A stretch of DNA of 63,732 nt, the filler included, from a bacterium (GTDB taxonomy: Bacteria > JAMOTN01): assembly GCA_027062325.1 (NCBI GenBank). It is 3 parts of 3 records of this genome, joined end to end, with 100 filler letters (N's around TTAATTAATTAA, not from the genome) between each part and the next. Parts side by side here need not be neighbours in the genome. Positions count along the whole stretch, not along the records: positions 39,518 to 63,732 come from JAMOTN010000062.1; 2 more parts are not named here. One strand, written 5' to 3'. This document shows, one piece after another, positions 57,134-63,732 of this stretch. Positions within the stretch are counted from its first letter, which is position 1. The number at the start of each line of letters is the position of its first letter. The notes below the pieces were generated by a model. The model was not told the DNA's origin, did no database searches, and worked only from the letters and a program-made list of their open reading frames with translations. Made by a program: the position numbers and the translations under genes.

Positions 57134-60100
57134 ATGAATAACAAGGAAAATATGCCCAAACTTTACATATATCCATTGATTGCACTTCTAGTAGTTTTGG
57201 CAACAGGCTTTGCCGTGTATGCGGCGGGGCTTTGGTGTGATCCAACTGGATTGTCAAGTGTTTCTGCTAAATATGACCCATGGCACGATCCAGAACGTCA
57301 TACAAAAATACATCCCCATCCTTCAACTTTGATAAGTAACAATTCAACTTTAAAAAACAGCGGATTTTACGCTGGCGGAAATTACCTTTATGTGTTGCCC
57401 TCTTCTTTAACAGTTACCCATCCCAACCTTGTAGTATTTGATGATTTTTCTTCCAATACGGCGTCAAATTATCAGGTGGCAGGATTAAGTGGAGATGGAA
57501 CAATTGATAAAAATGTAAAAAATGGCTATTTGGAAGTGTCAAATACTGCCTCTAGTAATGGGAAAGTAAAAGAGTTTATACTTTACCACACGGGTGTTAC
57601 CTGCAGCGGAGATGTAATAATAAGTGCTGCTTTTGGTGACAATGGATACGACAATGCATATTATGACGTTAATTTTGATTATGTTTTTAAATATTCCTCT
57701 AATTTTTGGTGGAGATATTGTAAAGGTTACATTGGTGCAGCGGTTTACGCTGACAACAGTCACTGGACGGTTATTGCGGCTAGGCAGTATTATTATTATT
57801 ACTCTTCATATTGGGTAGGCTGGTATGAAAAAGAGATAGCTGTTAAAGATGCAGGTGGAGGTTTTAATACTGTCCTTTCAGATAAGAAAATCCCTGGAGT
57901 AATTTGGCTAAAGGCATATTTTCATAAAAATGCTACAACAGTTAGCGGGAGGAGGTTAGTGTTTAGAGGTAAAACGACAAGTAATACAAATACTACTGTG
58001 GATGCGAATACCACTTCTTCCTACAATGCAGGAGTTGATTTAAATAGGGTAGGATTATACTTTAATCTAGCTGCTGATAAAGATACCACAAAAGATAAGA
58101 TAAGAATTAATTGGTTTGCGGCGTTTAAGCCTGCAACCTATATAAGGGTATCTAATGTTCCTGCACATACAAGGATAGTAATAGTTACCGGGGTAGGAGT
58201 TGCGATCACTGAGGAGGAAACCAATACTTTGGACAGCCCTCAATCCATGGATTTGGATATAGCCTCAGCGTTTGATCCTACGACGAGTAATAAAATTTGG
58301 CCCATATTCAACGCAAAAGTGAGAATAAAAGATGAGAATGGAACTGTTTTGAAAGAAATACAGATTGACAAATTATTTCCAGCTGACGTAATAACTTTAC
58401 AGTATGACACTTCTACGACTTACGCTACAAACTTTAAAGGAGAAGAAATATTAAATATCGGTAGTTCCAGTTCAGATTATTTCTCCGAAATTCATTATGT
58501 TCAGGCTATTGTGGAAGCAAGTGGAGTTCAAAATGCAAATGCTAGTTTAAAGGTTTCAGACAGTGCTAGTGGATCTTGGCAGGATGCAAGCTCCTGGATA
58601 AATGTTAATTGGAGTGCTTTGTATGCGAAAATTTATGTAACCCCAACTTCCACTACTGCTCAGCCGCGTATTGATCTTTCAAAAGTTTGGGTGGACGTAA
58701 GAGGAGAATTTTATTTTTATAACTTGTATGGGGAAAATGTTAATATAGGAGGTCCAAATTCTCTTACTGCAAATGGAGATATAAAGCGTTTCTTAAGTGG
58801 TGTTACTTATAGAGTAGAAAAAAATGATGGGGATGGTTACAAATTTACTCAAAATGCAACGGTTGAGAAGGGGGCAAAAATTCATCTGAGAGATGGCAAT
58901 AAGCTATATTTAGATTCTTCAAAAATTTTATATGTAGGTGATGATCCAAGATATGGTTTTAATGTGAGTGGGGTTGCGGATGATTATGCAATTGTGGATT
59001 TGGGGGATAATGGTAATGGGAAGAGAAAGTTTTACATATACGGAACTTTAAAATACAAATATTTCAAGTTTGTGAAGTCTAAATTTAATCTAACTGCTTC
59101 GGGTAAAATTCTTCCAGATAATAATTTGCCGGGACGAGCACTTTACGTTGATAAGCCAAATGAAGTGGGAGATCCTAAAGTGTTTCTCTATATGGCTAAC
59201 GGTTCTGAGGCTACGTTTGAAAATTTTTACATTTATTTTGAACCTTCTTCGAGTAATAGGGGGATATTTAATATTGTAGGTACCGCTATTTTTAAGAACG
59301 GATCAATGGAGATAGCTGATAACTATGACTTTGGAAATGAAATGTTTTTGATTCAGAAAAATGCTACTGCTACTTTCGAAAATGTAAAGATAACTTTTGG
59401 TGGAAAGAATGGAACTTCAGTTTTTAATTTGAAATGTAATAATGGTAACCCGGTTATTAAATTTGACAGTGTTGAGATTAATTTTAATTCTCATGCTACT
59501 GGTATAAATTTTGTATTTTACAGTAATGATACCGGTGATTATTCTGCTATTTTTAAACTTAGCAATGTAACAGTAGAAGTTGATAATTCTGCTTCTGTAA
59601 ATAAATTTTTCTATATTAACAGCAATGATGAAAATAATCCCGTAAAAGTTTATTACCACAATTTGGTTTTGAAAGGAGCTAAATATGGTTTTGATTTAGA
59701 TGGAGCGGTTAAAGTGTTTAGCCTGAATACAGGTGGTGTGACGATTGAAACTACCACAAATTATCCTATTGATTTTAGGGAGGATAATTATCATAAATCC
59801 ACTTATGTAGAACTTGAAAATGCATATCTGAAATCTAACAGCAGTTGCGTTGTTAATTTTGAAGGTAATACGAACACCACCAAAGAAATACGCTACAAGA
59901 ATGCGACGTTTGAAACGGAATCTGGTGGTGAGTGGGTTATAACTACAAATAGTAATGCCGACACTCCTTTTATTTTTAAGCCTATGACTTTGGGGGCAGG
60001 TTCTTCAAATGCGATAATAACTCCGGATAATAAGCAAGCGTTTTACTGTAATGCGAAGTTAATTGCCACGTTTGAAAACTTTTTGATAAAGGGTAGGTTT

Positions 60101-63100
60101 TTTGTAGAAAATGATACGGATGCCACTGCAGAATTTAAAAATGCAACTGTAGAGAATGATGATGGAGAACCGGCTGTAAAGTTTAAAGCTACAGATACAT
60201 ACGGGGGATATCTGAAGTTAACGAATACTTACATTCATTCTGTGAATGCAAAAGGAATAGAGGCTAAAAGACCTATTAAAATTTTCTACGATGGGCTTGA
60301 TATTTCAAGTAAGAAAAAGTGTGTAGAAGTAGATTTTAAAGGTAAAGCTGGTTGCTTGGTTGCGACGGGGAATACGGAAGGTGTTTGGGAATCAAATGAA
60401 GAAGAGGCACTAATCATTAAAAAGGCTTCATCTACAAGTTTGATGAGTAAAGTTGCCTATACAATCCTGAAAACTCATAAAGAAGGAAAGGTTGTGGCAG
60501 TTGTAGATAATTTACTTGCAGGAATTGAATTTAGTCATGCAACTTTTGAGCAGATTCCTAATGATTCTGCTGTCATTACGTTGAAAGGTGTTGATCCTGT
60601 TAAATACGGATACGTTTACTTAAAAGGAGATAAGGGATTTGTTGTAAAAAAGGACTCTAACCCAATTGTTAATTTTGTGTGGAATGGAAGTTATAACACG
60701 GCAGAAGTTGATGTGAGTTTTATTGAAATGGAAGATGATGCTGATGCAGATCAGAATGCTACAGGTGAACTAAAAGGGTGGTACATAGACGGAGATAGTG
60801 ATGTAGTTGTAGCAAAACTTTGTGATGCAAACAAGCTGAAATTCACCGATTGTTATGTTGATCAGTGCTTGGAAATATTTGAGGCGAGGAATAATGCGCA
60901 TTTAATAGCCAGAAACTTCAAAGCTTCTGAGGCAATAAAATTTGGTTTTGATGGCGCTAACAACGTAGAGGCAACGATTGAAAATTGTTTTTGGGAAAAC
61001 GTAGGGGTTGGAGTAATGGCAAAAGACAACATGGATGTTTACATCAAAGATTTCAAGTTAAAAAATATAGACGTTGCGGGAATTTACGTTGGACCAGGCG
61101 CCAATGCCAATTTAACACTGGCAGGAAATGTTGAAATTTATCGGTGTGGTTATTACAACTCTTCCTCACCTCCTGCTCCTGCCTTGCAAAACTCTGCAAT
61201 TGCTTTAGAAGATGGCCATATAACCTTGCAAAACGTTAACTTAAGAGTTGCAACAGAAGAAGGAGAATACTACGTATTCAGACTTAAAAAGGACAATATA
61301 GGTGGTTCTGGAAGTGTTTATGTTGGGGATTGGCAGGATACAGCGAATAATCTAGCGGTGTTTAGGTTGGAAGATCCAATGTCTTCACTTGATATGGCAA
61401 ATGTTGATTTTACCCTTTCTGACGTTGCACTGCCGTTTTTGAGGTTTAAAGATGATAATGTGCAGAATCAAAATTTTGTTTTTAAGGCACACTCTATCAC
61501 AGGAACTGCGACGGTAGAAAGTGCATTTGGGGATGCGTTATTCTACTTGAAATTTGGAGGTGCCAATTTAACTGCCACTCTTGAAATTCGTAAGGTTGAT
61601 TTGAAGATGAAAGACAATAAATTTGTGGTTACCAATTCCTCGATTGCAAATTTTGTTGCGCGCCTTGAAGGAACCGTTGAAAACGAAGAGGGAACACAAG
61701 TGAGTGTATTTGCAGATTTACCCAGTGCTGTAGTTGACTTCAAAGCTGACACTTCGGATACTACAGATGCTTTATGGGTTAAGTCGTTCAAAACTTTAAT
61801 AAATCACAGCGGAACGACGTCTCTTGAAGCGTGGCGATTGAGACTTATCAGCTCTGCAGCAGGTGATGGAATTAAGACTGAAGCTGGAGCGGCAACGGTT
61901 GAGGATGTGAAAATTGAAAATACGGCAGCGGGTAAGGGAATTGCACTTTTAGGATCTGGAGTTGACTTCTATGGAGACAGCATTGAAGTGAGGGTTGCGG
62001 GTTTTGATAAGGGTATTGTTGGAGATGACATGTCAAGCTTTGATTTGAGAGATGCGAGCGTTGTTTCTGGAGACAGCGCAATAAGTCTTAACACTACGAG
62101 TTCTTACTGGGCAAGTATAGAGTGTGAGGCAACGACAGAGGGTGCAGGAAGTGGAGCTGCTGTTGATTTAAACAGTGTTGCGGCTGCAACCTTTGAGGGA
62201 AGAGTTTACTGTGAAGATGATAGGGGAATAGAGCTTACTGCAGGAACTGCAAGCGATGCTTACGTATCGGCGAGGATAAAGGCAAAAGAGGAAGCAGTTT
62301 ATGTGAACGGAGAGAACAATTTAAAGATAAAAGACTCAGTGTTGGTGTCGCGAGCTGCAACAACGGCGGTTGTCACTGTGAACAATGATGTGCGTGTTTT
62401 AAATACGATTGCAAGTAGTGAGGTTTCAGGATTTGAGGTGGCAGCAGGAAATATTGACACTGTTAAGTTTTCAAGTGTTGAGGTGAGGGCAAAAGATTGG
62501 GGAATTAAGGGAACTACAGGTTTTGGATTTTTTGTAATAGACGATGCCACTATAGAGGCTGCAAGTGGAGATGAGCCTGATTTTGCGGTTGAGGTAGCGG
62601 CGAGCCTAGCAAGTATGGAAGGTTTGATAGCTGAGAGTGAAGACAAGGGAGTGTGGGTGAGTGGATTAGCGACGGCTGCGACGGTTGAGGAGAGCACGAT
62701 AGAAGCGGTGAATGTGGCGTTGAGGCTGGCAGGTGCGAATTATCCTGTGTATGTGGGATATGCGAGTGTAGAGAGTAGTGGAGCGACGACTGCGGTTGTG
62801 GTGAGTGCTACGACGTTAGAAGTGGAGGATGTGCAGTTTAATGCGTCTGAGGCGGCGTTGGATTTGACGGCGGGCACTGTGGAGATAAGTGGAAGCACGT
62901 TTGAGTGTGGAGGGATAGGTATATATGTAGCGAGTGGGAATAGTTTGGGTAAGTTATGGATAGATGGGTTGTATGAGAGGGGCTATGGAGCGGATGAAGC
63001 GGATGCAGTGGCGAGTGTGGAAGCTGGGATAGTGAAGGTGTATGATTTGGATGCGAGCTGTGAGGATTGGGGGATGAGATTAAGGGGAGTTGATACGTGT

Positions 63101-63732
63101 TATGTTAGTGAGAGTGTGTTGAAGGCATTAAATGAAGGATGGTTTATAGAGGGAAGTGCGGCGAGTGTGGAGTTGAATGGTGTGCATACTGAGAGTGTAT
63201 ATGCTACGAGTGCGATAGTTGAAGGAGATAGGTTGGTATTGAGAGATGTGGTGTTATATGGAACGAGTGGAGTAGAAGTAGGAGTTAGTGATCATTTAGA
63301 GCTAGCGAGTGTAGAGATGAATGTGAATGATTGGGGAGTGAAGGGGACGGTAAATGTAAGCGAGTTTTTAGTAGATGGGGCGACGATAGAGGCGAGGGAT
63401 GATGAGCCTGATTTTGCGGTTGAGGTAGCGGCGAGCCTAGCGAGTGTGGAAGGTTTGATAGCTGAGAGTGAAGACAAGGGAGTGTGGGTGAGCGGATTGA
63501 GCAGTGCTGCGACGGTTGAGGAGAGCACGATAGAAGCGGTGAATGTGGCGTTGAGGCTGGCAGGTGCGAATTATCCTGTGTATGTGGGATATGCGAGTGT
63601 AGAGAGTAGTGGAGCGACAGCTGCGGTTGTGGTGAGTGCTACGACGTTGGAAGTGGAGGATGTGCAGTTTAATGCGTCTGAGGCGGCGTTGGATTTGACG
63701 GCGAGCAGTGTGGAGATAAGTGGAAGCACGTT
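57134..63732 (+). CDS. Giant secreted protein (at least 2199 aa, runs off the window), probable beta-helix adhesin or surface protein; not in ORF track
   Basis: ATG at 57134 after GGAGG. Signal peptide MNNKENMPKLYIYPLIALLVVLATGFAVYA. No stop seen in the first ~2.3 kb translated by hand, and the same frame is coding at the window end. Beta-strand-rich N/G/V/I/F periodicity. Confidence 0.85.
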   Translation, partial: MNNKENMPKLYIYPLIALLVVLATGFAVYAAGLWCDPTGLSSVSAKYDPWHDPERHTKIHPHPSTLISNNSTLKNSGFYAGGNYLYVLPSSLTVTHPNLVVFDDFSSNTASNYQVAGLSGDGTIDKNVKNGYLEVSNTASSNGKVKEFILYHTGVTCSGDVIISAAFGDNGYDNAYYDVNFDYVFKYSSNFWWRYCKGYIGAAVYADNSHWTVIAARQYYYYYSSYWVGWYEKEIAVKDAGGGFNTVLSDKKIPGVIWLKAYFHKNATTVSGRRLVFRGKTTSNTNTTVDANTTSSYNAGVDLNRVGLYFNLAADKDTTKDKIRINWFAAFKPATYIRVSNVPAHTRIVIVTGVGVAITEEETNTLDSPQSMDLDIASAFDPTTSNKIWPIFNAKVRIKDENGTVLKEIQIDKLFPADVITLQYDTSTTYATNFKGEEILNIGSSSSDYFSEIHYVQAIVEASGVQNANASLKVSDSASGSWQDASSWINVNWSALYAKIYVTPTSTTAQPRIDLSKVWVDVRGEFYFYNLYGENVNIGGPNSLTANGDIKRFLSGVTYRVEKNDGDGYKFTQNATVEKGAKIHLRDGNKLYLDSSKILYVGDDPRYGFNVSGVADDYAIVDLGDNGNGKRKFYIYGTLKYKYFKFVKSKFNLTASGKILPDNNLPGRALYVDKPNEVGDPKVFLYMANGSEATFENFYIYFEPSSSNRGIFNIVGTAIFKNGSMEIADNYDFGNEMFLIQKNATATFENVKITFGGKNGTSVFNLKCNNGNPVIKFDSVEINFNSHATGINFVFYSNDTGDYSAIFKLSNVTVEVDNSASVNKFFYINSNDENNPVKVYYHNLVLKGAKYGFDLDGAVKVFSLNTGGVTIETTTNYPIDFREDNYHKSTYVELENAYLKSNSSCVVNFEGNTNTTKEIRYKNATFETESGGEWVITTNSNADTPFIFKPMTLGAGSSNAIITPDNKQAFYCNAKLIATFENFLIKGRFFVENDTDATAEFKNATVENDDGEPAVKFKATDTYGGYLKLTNTYIHSVNAKGIEAKRPIKIFYDGLDISSKKKCVEVDFKGKAGCLVATGNTEGVWESNEEEALIIKKASSTSLMSKVAYTILKTHKEGKVVAVVDNLLAGIEFSHATFEQIPNDSAVITLKGVDPVKYGYVYLKGDKGFVVKKDSNPIVNFVWNGSYNTAEVDVSFIEMEDDADADQNATGELKGWYIDGDSDVVVAKLCDANKLKFTDCYVDQCLEIFEARNNAHLIARNFKASEAIKFGFDGANNVEATIENCFWENVGVGVMAKDNMDVYIKDFKLKNIDVAGIYVGPGANANLTLAGNVEIYRCGYYNSSSPPAPALQNSAIALEDGHITLQNVNLRVATEEGEYYVFRLKKDNIGGSGSVYVGDWQDTANNLAVFRLEDPMSSLDMANVDFTLSDVALPFLRFKDDNVQNQNFVFKAHSITGTATVESAFGDALFYLKFGGANLTATLEIRKVDLKMKDNKFVVTNSSIANFVARLEGTVENEEGTQVSVFADLPSAVVDFKADTSDTTDALWVKSFKTLINHSGTTSLEAWRLRLISSAAGDGIKTEAGAATVEDVKIENTAAGKGIALLGSGVDFYGDSIEVRVAGFDKGIVGDDMSSFDLRDASVVSGDSAISLNTTSSYWASIECEATTEGAGSGAAVDLNSVAAATFEGRVYCEDDRGIELTAGTASDAYVSARIKAKEEAVYVNGENNLKIKDSVLVSRAATTAVVTVNNDVRVLNTIASSEVSGFEVAAGNIDTVKFSSVEVRAKDWGIKGTTGFGFFVIDDATIEAASGDEPDFAVEVAASLASMEGLIAESEDKGVWVSGLATAATVEESTIEAVNVALRLAGANYPVYVGYASVESSGATTAVVVSATTLEVEDVQFNASEAALDLTAGTVEISGSTFECGGIGIYVASGNSLGKLWIDGLYERGYGADEADAVASVEAGIVKVYDLDASCEDWGMRLRGVDTCYVSESVLKALNEGWFIEGSAASVELNGVHTESVYATSAIVEGDRLVLRDVVLYGTSGVEVGVSDHLELASVEMNVNDWGVKGTVNVSEFLVDGATIEARDDEPDFAVEVAASLASVEGLIAESEDKGVWVSGLSSAATVEESTIEAVNVALRLAGANYPVYVGYASVESSGATAAVVVSATTLEVEDVQFNASEAALDLTASSVEISGST
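62570..62901 (+). repeat. Internal direct repeat copy 1 (831-bp period)
   Basis: GATGAGCCTGATTTTGCGGTTGAGG...GGAAGCACGTT is nearly identical to 63401-63732. Confidence 0.92.
63401..63732 (+). repeat. Internal direct repeat copy 2 (truncated by the window end)
   Basis: In-frame offset of 831 nt (277 codons) from copy 1, with only scattered substitutions. Confidence 0.92.

Noticed and set aside
57033-63528. Short ORFs listed in the track across the last 6.6 kb
   Set aside because: They are antisense or off-frame shadows of the giant + strand gene.
62570-63732. Repeat pair as a diversity-generating retroelement TR/VR
   Set aside because: Both copies are in frame inside one gene, differences are not confined to adenines, and no reverse transcriptase is in the window.

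Overview
AT-rich bacterial chromosomal DNA with a strong G+T skew on the + strand. The E/K-rich proteins and the ptb/buk/korABCD/hgd-type genes suggest an anaerobic, probably thermophilic amino-acid fermenter (inference). The window joins three contigs through artificial 100-nt spacers (N44-TTAATTAATTAA-N44) at 27003-27102 and 39418-39517, so gene order across them is not biological evidence. Much is housekeeping: tal, tRNA-Leu, ptb, pilD, queE, metG, spoVS, gatB, ispG, cmk, clpC, hisC, buk, asnS, korDABC, gatC, ychF, rmuC. No CRISPR array, integrase, transposase or rRNA was recognised. Two real ORFs are missing from the ORF track because they run off the window: a minus-strand gene at 825-<1 and a giant secreted beta-helix-like protein at 57134->63732 (at least 2199 aa). 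The most unusual items are: (1) a CheA split into an Hpt-CheW gene plus a P3-P4-P5 gene; (2) the giant protein, with an 831-bp internal repeat, a sigma54-type promoter and two FleQ/NifA-type palindromes; (3) a catalytically dead glutamate-dehydrogenase homologue heading the kor operon; (4) a cluster of VIT-vWA, vWA, Gly-rich protein, membrane aminopropyltransferase and DUF350; (5) a clpC with a sigma54-type promoter and an extra C-terminal domain. All calls come from motif recognition by eye; no searches were run. Some starts were moved from the ORF track to the best RBS-supported codon.
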